A stretch of 64,000 nt of DNA from Mobula hypostoma (Eukaryota): positions 806,001 to 870,000 of the forward strand of contig NC_086101.1 in NCBI RefSeq assembly GCF_963921235.1, given 5' to 3'. Of this stretch, positions 11,986 to 21,933 are shown in pieces. The notes under the pieces are model-generated. The model searched no databases, was not told the DNA's origin, and saw only the letters and a program-made list of their open reading frames with translations. Made by a program: the position numbers and the translations under genes. Numbering within the stretch: the stretch's first letter is position 1; every line of letters begins with the position of its first letter.

Positions 11986-13907
11986 GACTATAAGATATAG
12001 GGGCAGAAGTAGGCCATTCGGACTTTCGAGTCTGCTCCGCCATTCAATCATGGGCTGATCCAATTCTTCCAGTCATCCCCACTCCCCTGCCTTCTCCCCA
12101 TACCCTTTGATGCTCTACCTAAGCAGGAACCTATCCCTCTCTGCCTTAAGTGCACCGAATGACTTGGCCTCCACAGTTGCTTGTGGCAACAAATTCCACA
12201 AATTTACCACCCTCGGAGTAAAGTAAGTTCTCCTCATCTCTGTTCTAAATGGATGTCTTTCAGTCCTAAAGTCGTGCCCTCTTGTCATAGACTCCCCTCC
12301 CATAGGAAATAAATTTCCCATATATAATCTGTTTAGAGCTTTTAACATCCGGAATGTTTCAATGAGATTCCCCTGCCCCCTACCGTTCTCCTGAACTCCA
12401 GGGAATCCAGCCCAAGAGCCAGATGTTTCTCATATGGTAACCCCTTTCATTCTTGGAATCATTCTTGTGAATCTTCTCTGAACCTTCTCCAATGTCAGTA
12501 TACCCTTTCAGGAGCCCCAAACTGCACACAATACTCCAAGTGTGGTCTAACGATGGCCTTGTAGAGCCTCAACATCCCATCCCTGCTCTTATATTCTATA
12601 CTTCTAGAAATGAATGCCACCATTTCATTCACCTTCTTCACCACCAACTCAACCTGGAGGTTAACCTCTAGGGTTTCTTGCAGAAGGACTTCCAAGTTGC
12701 TTTCCATCCCTGCATTTTGAATTCTCTCCTAAACTAAATAATCATCTGCCCGTTTATTTCTTTCACCAGTATGCATGACCATACACTTTCCAACATTGTA
12801 TTTAATTAACTACTTCTTTGCCCATTCCCCAAAACTATCTTAATCTCTCTGCCGGCTCTCTGTTTCCTCAGCACTACCCGCTCCTCCACCTATCTTTGTA
12901 TCATCAGCAAATTTAGCCACAAATCCATTAGTCCAATAGTCCAAGTCATTGACATACATCGTAAAATCAGTGGTCTAAACACCGACCACTGTGGAACTCC
13001 AGTGGTAACCAGCAGCCAGCCAGAATAGGATCCCTTTTTTCCCCACTCTGTTTTCTGTTGATCAGGCAATGCTCCACCCATGTGAGTAACTTCCCTGTAA
13101 TTACATGGGATTTATCTTGCTAAGCAGCCTCATGTGCATCACCTTTTAAAGGCCCACTGAAAATCCTAGTATACTGCATCTCCTTTTTCTACCCAGCTTG
13201 TAATTTCCTCAAAGAATTGCAGTAGGTTAGTCAGCAGGATTTTCCTTTCAGGAAACCACGCAGGCTTTGGCTTATCTTGTCATGTGCCTCCCGGAACTCC
13301 ATAATCTCATCCATAACAATCGATTCCAGCAACTTCCCAACCACTGAACTCAGGCTTTCAGGTCTATAGTTTCTTTTCTGCTGCCTCCCACCTTTCTTAA
13401 ATAGCGGAGTAACATTTGCAATTTTCCGGTCATCCGCTACAATGCCAGAGCCTATCGATTCTTTGTCACAACGGCGGGGGCATAGGGAGCAAGGGTGGAC
13501 CCAAATGCAAGACACATCTTATGAGGTTAATTAAATTTAGTTTATTGTTCAGTATCAGGAGAGCTAGGCAGGAGCAGGAGCAGAGAACTGGACAAAGACT
13601 GAGGACTACAACTAGGCTGGGACCAAGGGTCTGGGCTTGGACTCGGAATCGGCTCCCAGATCTAGAGGAGACATGAAGAGGCTAGGGTATGGACTCCGAG
13701 CCCGAGACTGGACAAGGACCCAGTACCTGGGTCTTGCTGCGTGCTCGGACCCCAAAACCAGGCATGGACATGACATGGGCTAGGGAGAGGAGGAACATGG
13801 GAACACAGAGCCTCGGTCTCGGGAGAGCAGGTACATGGAACCATTGACACATACATAGAACACAGAGTCGGGACCCCTCCTTGGGTACAGGACATAGGGC
13901 TGGGACT

Positions 13908-14195
13908 CATGACCCTCCGCGAGGCAACGGCAAGACGGCCTGACTTACCCCATGGAGGTGAGGACAAGACAAGACAGAACATGACCCCCCACGGGGCAAC
14001 GGCAAGACGGCCTGACCTACCCCACGGAGGCAAGGACAAGACAAGACAAGACATGACTCCCCACGGGGCAACGGCAAGATGACCTGACCTATCCCACGGA
14101 GGCAAGGACAAGACAAGACAAGACATGACTCCCCACGGGGCAACGGCAAGATGGCCTAACTTACCCCACGGAGGCGAGGACAAGACAAGACAAGA
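13908..14195. repeat. 72-bp minisatellite, about 4 copies
   Basis: ACATGAC recurs at 13979, 14051 and 14123; gives the 24-aa periodicity of ORF 13662-14183. Confidence 0.9.
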
Positions 14196-14340
14196 CCAAC
14201 ACGAATGAACACCAGACAGTACCTATCTAGCTCCGGCAATGGAACTAGACCAAAGTGCAGGCGGGGGCTGCAGACGAGGGCTAGAGGCGAGAGGGGCAGA
14301 GAAGGGATTCAGACAAGGGGGTAGGACAGGAATCACAGAC

Positions 14341-14540
14341 CGCCAGGGCCAAGACTTGACTCAGAACTGGGAAGCCGCCAGGGCCAGGACTTGACTTGGT
14401 GCTGGAATGCTGCCAGGGCCAGGGCTTGACTTGGTGCTTGAATGCCGCCAGGGCCAGGACTTGACTTGGTGCTAGATTGCTGCCAGGGCCAGGACTTGAC
14501 TTGGTGCTAGAATGCCACTGGAGCCAGGACTTGACTTGGA
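14341..14540. repeat. 35-bp minisatellite, about 6 copies
   Basis: CCAGGGCCAGGACTTGACTTGG unit recurring at 14343, 14378, 14413 and onward. Confidence 0.9.
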
Positions 14541-15278
14541 GCCTCTGGGTAGTGGCGAGCTCTCGACTCGGCCCGGGAACAGTAGACAGCGGTTCTTGAT
14601 TCCCTCCGGCGGGTTAACTGACGGACCCACCTCAGTGAGGAAACTTTGCAGGCTCGCTTCAGCGAGGTAACTGGACAGGGTTGCTCCGGTGAGGAAGGGC
14701 GAATTACCGGCACTCGCTTCGGCAGAGACTAGGCTTGCTCCGGCCAGATGACATTGGCACACCGTACCTTAGATGACTTTGCAGACGGTCCCATGCTGAA
14801 CAGCTGAAAGCTGGAGACTATAAACTACCGATTCAGCGGAGCGTTAATTGCTGCTAATTACCAAAGCCGAGGGACACGGGAAAACAGGGAATCAACGGTC
14901 CGGATGGTAACATAAACAAAGTAAATTTAAAAGGACCCCGATCCGGACCATGACATTCTTGAAAGATCGTTAGTAATGCCTTTGCAATTCCCCAAGCTAT
15001 TTCCTTCAGAACCGAAACCAGGTCCGGGAGATTTAGCCACCCGCAGACCATTAAGCTTCCTGAGCACCTTCTCAGTCGTAATTTTCACTGCAGATACTTC
15101 ACTTCCCTGACACTCTTGAATGTCCAGTATACTGCAGATGTCTTCCACTATAAAGACCAATGCAAAATACGCATTCAGTTTCTCTGACATCTCTGTGTCT
15201 CCCATTACAATATCTCCCGCATCATTTTCTATTCATCCTATATCTGTCCTCAACTCCCTTTTACCCTTTATATACTTC

Positions 15279-16533
15279 CGTAACTCTCGCTTTGTCTAGT
15301 TGCTTAAACTCGTTTGGGTGGATGTGTTCTCTGTTACAAATCAGTACAACGAAATAACAAACAGTGCACAATATGCGATTAAATGATTGAGCTTTATTAC
15401 TCTTAATTTGACGATGTGTTTAGTGAAGAAAACAAAAAAGAGAAAGGGCCCATTCTCATGAAACAGTCTATTGGGCAATGTTGGAGCTCACTGATAAGCC
15501 GTTTGTCCACCATCGACCTCCTCCGATACTCGCTGACCTTCGGACCCTCACTCCAAGTCCACTCCATCCGAGGACTACCAACTCCCTCCATTTGCGTCTT
15601 CCCTCCTCATCTCTCCCCAGCAAAAGACCCGTGAATTCCAGGCTCCCAGATGCACAAGAAAGAACAACATCCTGTTCATTGGCTAGCATGCCCCATTATC
15701 TCGTCATAACCCAAACATTGCTGCTACAGATAAACCATTACCTCAGCAGTGAAACATAGAAAATAGGTGCAGGAGTAGGCCATTCGGCCCTTTGAGCCTG
15801 CACCGCCATTCAGTATGATCATGGCTGATCATAGAAACATAGAAAACATAGAAAATAGGTGCAGGAGTAGGCCATTCGGCCCTTTGAGCCTGCACCGCCA
15901 TTTATTATGATCATGGCTGATCATCCAACTCAGAACCCAGCCTTCCCTCCATACCCCCTGACCCCTGTAGCCACAAGGGCCATATCTAACTTCCTTTTAA
16001 ACATAGCTAATGAACTGGCCTCAACAGTTTGCTGTGGCAGAGAATTCCACAGATTCACCACTCTCTGTGTGAAGAAGTTTTTCCTAACCTCGGTCCTAAA
16101 AGGCTTCCCCTCTATCCTCAAACTGTGACCCCTCGTTCTAGACCTCCCCAACATCGGGAACAATCTTCCCGCATCTAGCCTGTCCAATCCCTTTAGGATC
16201 TTATACGTTTCAATCAGATCCCCCCTCAATCTTCTAAATTCCAATGAGTACAAGCCCAGTTCATCCAGTCTTTCTTCATATGAAAGACCTGCCATCCCAG
16301 GAATCAATCTGGTGAACCTTCTTTGTACTCCCTCTATGGCAAAGATGTCTTTCCTCAGATTAGGGGACCAAAACTGCACACAATACTCCAGGTGTGGTCT
16401 CACCAAGGCCTTGTACAACTGCAGTAGTACCTCCCTGCTCCTGTACTCGAATCCTCTTGCTATGAATGCCAGCATTCCAGAGAACATTACAGAGAAGCCA
16501 TTACATTAGTATTGAAACCTTTACAGCATGTAA
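15279..16533 (-). mobile_element. Solo LTR of the PNMA-gag Gypsy group, interrupted by a CR1
   Basis: The reverse complement shares GTGAGCTCCAA, AGACTGT...AATGGGCCC and ATGTTTGGGTTAT with the LTRs at 21289-21862 and 32071-32558; ends in TGTAACA. Confidence 0.75.
15752..16477 (-). mobile_element. Young CR1 3' fragment with duplicated 3' tail
   Basis: ORF 15930-16487 is nearly identical to the C-terminus of ORF 1497-3548; the tail segment is present twice (15752-15830, 15845-15925). Confidence 0.92.
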
Positions 16534-16811
16534 CACCTGAAAATGCTTTTTGTGTCTTCTTTGATATTAGTCACCAGCTTCCTTTCATATTTCCTATTTT
16601 CCTTCCTAATGATCTTCTGCAAGTTTTTAAAAGTTTCCCAATCCTCTATATTCCCACTAACTTTTGCTTCCTTGTCTTTTCCTTTTTCTTTGACTCTGAC
16701 TTCACTTGTAAGTCATGATAGTGTCCTTCTTGTTAAGAATATATCTGTCTTGCATTTCCCTAATTTTTTGTAGAAATTCCAGCCATTGCTGCTCTGCTGT
16801 CTTCCTGCTAG

Positions 16812-18670
16812 AATCCCATAGAACCATAGAAACTACAGCACAGAAACAGGCCCTTGGCTGTGCCGAACCATTTTCTGCCTAGTCCCACTGACCTGCATAC
16901 GGACCATATCCCTCCATACGCCTCCCATCCATGTATCTGTCCGATTTATTCTTAAATGTTAAAAAAGAACCCGCATTTACCACCTCGTCTGGCAGCTCAT
17001 TCCATACTCCCACCACTCTCTGTGTGAAGAAGCCCCCCCTAATGTTCCCTTTAAACTTTTCACCCCTCACCCTTAACCCATGTCCTCTGTTTTTTTTCTC
17101 CCCTTGCCTCAGTGGAAAAAGCCTGCTTGCATTCACTCTATCTATACCCATCATAATTTTATATACCTCTATCAAATCTCCCCTCATTCTTCTACGCTCC
17201 AGGGAATAAAGTCCTAACCTATTCAACCTTTCTCTGTAACTGAGTTTCTCAAGTCCCGGCAACATCCTTGTGAACCTTCTCTGCACTCTTTCAACCTTAT
17301 TTATATCCTTCCTGTAATTTGGTGACCAAAACTGAACACAATACTCCAGATTCGGCCACACCAATGCCTTATACAACCTCATCATAACATTCCAGCTCTT
17401 ATACTCAATACTACGAGTAATAAAGGCCAATGTACCAAAAGCTCTCTTTACGACCCTATCTACCTGTGACGACATTTTTAGGGAATTTTGTATCTGTATT
17501 CCCAGATCCCTCTGTTCCACTGCACTCCTCAGTGCCTTACCATTAACCCTGTATGTTCTACGTTGGTTTGTCCTTCCAACGTGCAATACCTCACACTTGT
17601 CAGTATTAAACTCCATCTGCCGTTTTTCAGCCCATTTTTCCAGCTGGTCCAAGTCCCTCTGCAGGCCCTGAAAACCTTCTTCACTGTCTACTACACCTCC
17701 AATCTTTGTATCATCAGCAAACTTGCTGATCCAATTTACCACATTATCATCCAGATTATTGATATGGATGACAAATAACAATGGACCCAGCACTGATCCC
17801 TGTGGCACACCACTAGTCACAGGCCTCCACTCAGAGAAGCAATTCTCTACCACCACTCTCTGGCTTCTTCCATCGAGCCAATGTCTAATCCAATTTACTA
17901 CCTCTCCATGTATACCAAGCGACTGAATTTTCCTAACTAACCTCCCATGCGGGACCTTGTCAAAGGCCTTACTGAAGTCCATGTAGACAATATCCACTGC
18001 CTTCCCTTCATCCACTTTCCTGGTAACCTCCTCGAAAAACTCCAACAGATTGGTCAAACATGACCTACCACGCACAAAGCCATGTTGACTCTCCCTAATA
18101 AGCCCCTGTCTATCCAAATGCTTGTAGATTCTGTCTCTTAGTACTCCCTCCAATAACTTACCTACTACTGACGTTAAACTCACCGGCCTATAATTTCCCA
18201 GATTACTTTTCGATCCTTTTTTAAACAACGGAACAACATGAGCCACTCTCCAATCCTCCGGCACTTCACCCATAGACAGCGACATTTTAAATATTTCTGC
18301 CAGGGCCCCCGCAATTTCAACACTAGTCTCCTTCAAGGTCCGAGGGAACACTCTGTCAGGTCCCGGGGATTTATCCACTTTAATTTTCCTCAAGACAGCA
18401 AGCTCGTCCTCCTTTTCAATCTGTACAGTTTCCATGGTCTCACTACTTGATTCCCTCAATTCCATAGATTTCATGTCAGCTTCCTTAGTAAATACAGACG
18501 CAAAAAACCTATTTAAGATCTCCCCCATTTCCTTTGGTTCCGCACAAAGCCGACCACTCTGATCTTCAAGAGGACCAATTTTATCCCTTACAATCCTTTT
18601 GCTCTTAATATACTTGTAAAAGCTCTTTGGATTATCCTTCACTTTGACTGCCAAGGCAACCTCATGTCTT
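16812..18670 (-). mobile_element. Young CR1 LINE, 5'-truncated
   Basis: Near-identical inverted counterpart of 4115-5720. Confidence 0.95.
16879..18654 (-). CDS. CR1 ORF2 reverse transcriptase portion (591 aa, uninterrupted)
   Basis: All RT motifs present, including GVPQGSVLGP and KFADDTK. Confidence 0.9.
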   Translation of the reverse strand: MAVKVKDNPKSFYKYIKSKRIVRDKIGPLEDQSGRLCAEPKEMGEILNRFFASVFTKEADMKSMELRESSSETMETVQIEKEDELAVLRKIKVDKSPGPDRVFPRTLKETSVEIAGALAEIFKMSLSMGEVPEDWRVAHVVPLFKKGSKSNLGNYRPVSLTSVVGKLLEGVLRDRIYKHLDRQGLIRESQHGFVRGRSCLTNLLEFFEEVTRKVDEGKAVDIVYMDFSKAFDKVPHGRLVRKIQSLGIHGEVVNWIRHWLDGRSQRVVVENCFSEWRPVTSGVPQGSVLGPLLFVIHINNLDDNVVNWISKFADDTKIGGVVDSEEGFQGLQRDLDQLEKWAEKRQMEFNTDKCEVLHVGRTNQRRTYRVNGKALRSAVEQRDLGIQIQNSLKMSSQVDRVVKRAFGTLAFITRSIEYKSWNVMMRLYKALVWPNLEYCVQFWSPNYRKDINKVERVQRRFTRMLPGLEKLSYRERLNRLGLYSLERRRMRGDLIEVYKIMMGIDRVNASRLFPLRQGEKKNRGHGLRVRGEKFKGNIRGGFFTQRVVGVWNELPDEVVNAGSFLTFKNKSDRYMDGRRMEGYGPYAGQWD

Positions 18671-19404
18671 TCCAGTCAACTTGACCAGGTCCCCTCTCAT
18701 GCCATTGTAATTTCCTTTATTTCACTGAAATACCGAACGTTGGAATTTAGTTTCTTCTTCTCAAATTTCAAAGTGAACTCAATCATATTTTGATCACTGT
18801 CCCCAAGGGTTCTTTAACCATAAGCTCTCTTATCATCTCCGGATCATTGCACAACATCCAATCCGGCACAGCCGATCCCCCAGTGGACTCAACAACAAAC
18901 TGTTCTAAAAAGCCGTCCCTCAGACGTTGCAAATTCTCTCTCTTGAGGGCCAGTACTGACCTGGTTTTCCCAATCCACTTTCACGTTAAAATCCCCAATG
19001 ATTATCATGACTTACCCCTTCCGACATGCCTTTTCTATCTGCTGATGTAATTTGTAATCCACATCCCGGCTGCTGTTTGGAGGACTGTATTACAACTGCC
19101 ATTAGGGTCCTTTTACCCTTGCCGTTTCTTATCTCCAACCAGAGAGACTCCACACATATGATCCTATATCATCACTTTCTAATGATTTAATATTATTTCT
19201 TATACACAGGGTCACACCAGCCCCTCTGCCGACTAACCTATCTTTCTGATACACCGTATATCCTTGGACATTCAGCTCCCAATGGCAGCCATCCTTTAGC
19301 CAAGTTTCAGAGATATCCACAAAGTCAATGTGTAGCTGAATTTCAAGATAATCCATTTTATTTCTTATGCTGTGTGCATACAAATATAACACTTTCAGTC
19401 CAGT

Positions 19405-19745
19405 ATTGAATGAACTTCAGCGAGTACACACTGGGGAGAAACTGTACACTGCTCAGAGCGGGAAGGAATTCACTCCGTCATCTCAAATGAATAAACATCA
19501 CCGAGTTCACACTGAGTAGAAACCGTTCATCTGTTCCAACTGGGAATGAATTCACACTTCCATCTCGCCTGCCGACACACCAGACTGTTTTCAGCAGTGT
19601 GTGGACGTTGATCTGCTCAGACTGTGGGAAGGCATTCACACACTTATCCACGCTGCAGAGACAGTGGGTTCACACTGTGGTGAGGGTGGTGATGTGCTCT
19701 GAATGTGGGATGGGTTTCAATCAGTCATTCATCCTTGTGTCACCC
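19405..19745 (+). pseudogene. Decayed zinc-finger tail, the distal continuation of the gene A array
   Basis: Resumes mid-finger (ttg aat gaa ctt cag cga gta cac act ggg gag aaa) and is followed by about 4 broken fingers. Confidence 0.85.
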
Positions 19746-19799
19746 TATTCAGCTTTGAACCATCGTTAATCAGAGTGATCTGAAGCTTGAGAGGATGAA

Positions 19800-20860
19800 A
19801 TTCATTCAGGTTTGCCAATCGAGTAGTAGAAGCAGTGGTTCAGGGCAGGTTATTTTTGAGCTTTCACCAGTGGCCAATCAACAGTCAGGATTGATTACCA
19901 AGAAGATCTTGGGCAGGACCAAGTGCAGTGGGCAGAGTCAGAGCGGAGACTTTGAGACTTTACCTCTTTCAAGTTTCAGTAAGGAGAACCTTCAATCAGA
20001 GAAGGCAGAATTATGCTGGAGGTAGAAATTTTTTGCCCCCTTCCTCACGTTTGCTCAGTTAGAACAGTGGAGATGCCAGGCAGGATAGTGGAAAGCTCCT
20101 CCTGTGGGATGTGGGAAGGCAGGAAACCCTCCTATGTCCTGATAACTACACCTGTGAGAAGTGCATCCAGCTTCAGCTCCGAACAATCCACATTGAGGAG
20201 TGGGAGCTGGAACTGGATGAACTCCAGACCATTCGGGAGGCTGGAGGGGTGATAGGTAGGAATTATAGAGAGGTAGTTGCACCCAAGGTCACAGCACAGT
20301 AAACTGGGTGACAGGAAGGGAAAAGGGGGAAACAGTGAGTGCAGTGTACCCCTGTGTCCATCCCCATGGACAACACATATATCACTTTAGATACTGTTAA
20401 AGACGGTGGGATGACCTGGCAAAGGAAGGTCACAGCAGGAGGATCTCTGGCGCTTAGTCTGGCTCTGAGACTGAGAAGGGAAGGGTGGAGAAGAGGTAAG
20501 CTGTGGTCATAGGTGATTCGTTAGCTAAGGGAACTGACTGGATGTTCTGTGGGTGAGAATGAGATTCCAGGATGGTATGTTGCCTCCTGTGTGCTGGGTC
20601 TGGGACATTTCGGGTCGAGCGCACGGCATTCCTCAGGAGGGTGAACAGTGAAGGTCGTGGTTCATGTGGATGATATGGGCTGGTAGAGTAACGAGGTTCT
20701 GCAAAGGGAGTTCTGGGGGTGAGGTGCTAAGTTAAAGGGCAGCTCGTCCAGGGCTGTGACCTCAGGTCTGCATCTGTGCCACATACCAGAAACAGGAAGA
20801 TTATACAGTTTAACACATGGCTAAGGAGTTACTGCAGGAGTGAGGGCATAAGATTTTCGA
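19800..20860 (+). mobile_element. Decayed CR1 5' region / ORF1 (zinc finger-leucine zipper and esterase remnants)
   Basis: DNYTCEKCIQLQL...ELELDEL, VIGDS and FNTWL; paralogous to 45230-45960. Confidence 0.8.
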
Positions 20861-21288
20861 ATTACAGTATTTCAGTTGGTGATGATTGCGGTTTGTTTAG
20901 GAATGTGAGTTCATTGGGCAGGAGGGGGACATCATTGATGCAGGCTGAAGTGGGCAGACAGGTCTCTCACACACAAACACATAAAGGGGAGTGAGAATGG
21001 AACAGAGAAAGGAGGAGGATGGAGTTTGGGCTCCTTCACAAAGTCCCAGACTCACCCAACTCTCCCCCTCTGGAATTGGTCCCATTTCCTACCCAAGGCT
21101 GGGGGTGAGCATTGAGTTACGTTGCAAACATTTTTATGAATTGTTCGGTAACATCTCGTGAACAAACTTTGATAATCAATTTACGTTGAACTTGGACATT
21201 GAAATTTATTGTTTGAGAAACATGTACTGATGAGAACACATATCGGAGTCTATCCCATCTGTCTGTGCTTGACACGTATAGGGTTCTC

Positions 21289-21862
21289 AGTAATACTAGA
21301 TGGACTGTTCACTGTTAGTGGCTTCTCGTACTGTTAACTGCTGAGCAACGGGTTCTCTGTAACAGCCATGTTTGGGTTATACTATGTGATAATGGAAATT
21401 GTCTTCATTTTGCTGGCCAATGGAAGTCATGTTATGTTATCTTGTATATGTGTGCTGAGTTGAGGAGCGCAGGCTTTTTCGGGAGGCGAGCAGAGAGGAC
21501 GAACATGTGGGGAACGGACAGTGGTTCCAGGGCGGCGGATACCAGACCTCAGGAGTTCGGAGGGTGGCCGGAGTCTCGGAAGGACAGTGTGGATGGAATC
21601 GGAGGCGTGAGCTCCAACGTATTAAAATATTATATGCACAAGCTTGATAAGTTACTTATGTGGCACCTTTTCTTTTAGTTGTTGCTACTAACCCATCACC
21701 AAAATTTCGTTTACTCGCACTTGATATATTGTTTGATATTTGTGTCGTGACTGATAGTTGGACGACTCACACCGTATCTACACCAAAGCATTTGAACTGT
21801 TGGCGGGGTCAACGGCTATTCACCCTAGATAACGGGAGTCAGTTGGGGCAAAGGCCGTTACA
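21289..21862 (+). mobile_element. 5' LTR of PNMA-gag Gypsy element
   Basis: Ends in ...GTTACA immediately before the PBS; similar to the other LTRs of this group. The start is approximate. Confidence 0.75.
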
Positions 21863-21865
21863 TTG

Positions 21866-21883
21866 TGGGGGCTCTTCCGGGAT
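21866..21883 (+). promoter_or_regulatory. Primer binding site complementary to tRNA-Pro
   Basis: TGGGGGCTCTTCCGGGAT matches the canonical PBS-Pro TGGGGGCTCGTCCGGGAT at 17/18 positions. Confidence 0.88.
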
Positions 21884-21933
21884 TTGAATTCTGTCAGGAT
21901 AAGGGATAAGTCGCCCGGGTTAAGTTAGAAGAG

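Larger units (their letters stand above)
13464..14955 (-). mobile_element. Long solo LTR with internal minisatellites
   Basis: TGTCA...TGACA ends, 5-bp TSD TTCTT (13459-13463, 14956-14960) and minus-strand AATAAA near 13545. Confidence 0.85.
11983..19404 (-). mobile_element. Older CR1 LINE (endonuclease to 3' end) hosting nested insertions
   Basis: The 3' tail starts at 11983. Decayed RT pieces lie at 12115-13460, 14956-15278 and 16534-16810, and an endonuclease piece (SIRNK...ISETWL) at 19129-19392. Confidence 0.85.

Noticed and set aside
13662..14183. 173-aa repetitive ORF as a novel protein
   Set aside because: It is a by-product of a 72-bp minisatellite inside a solo LTR.
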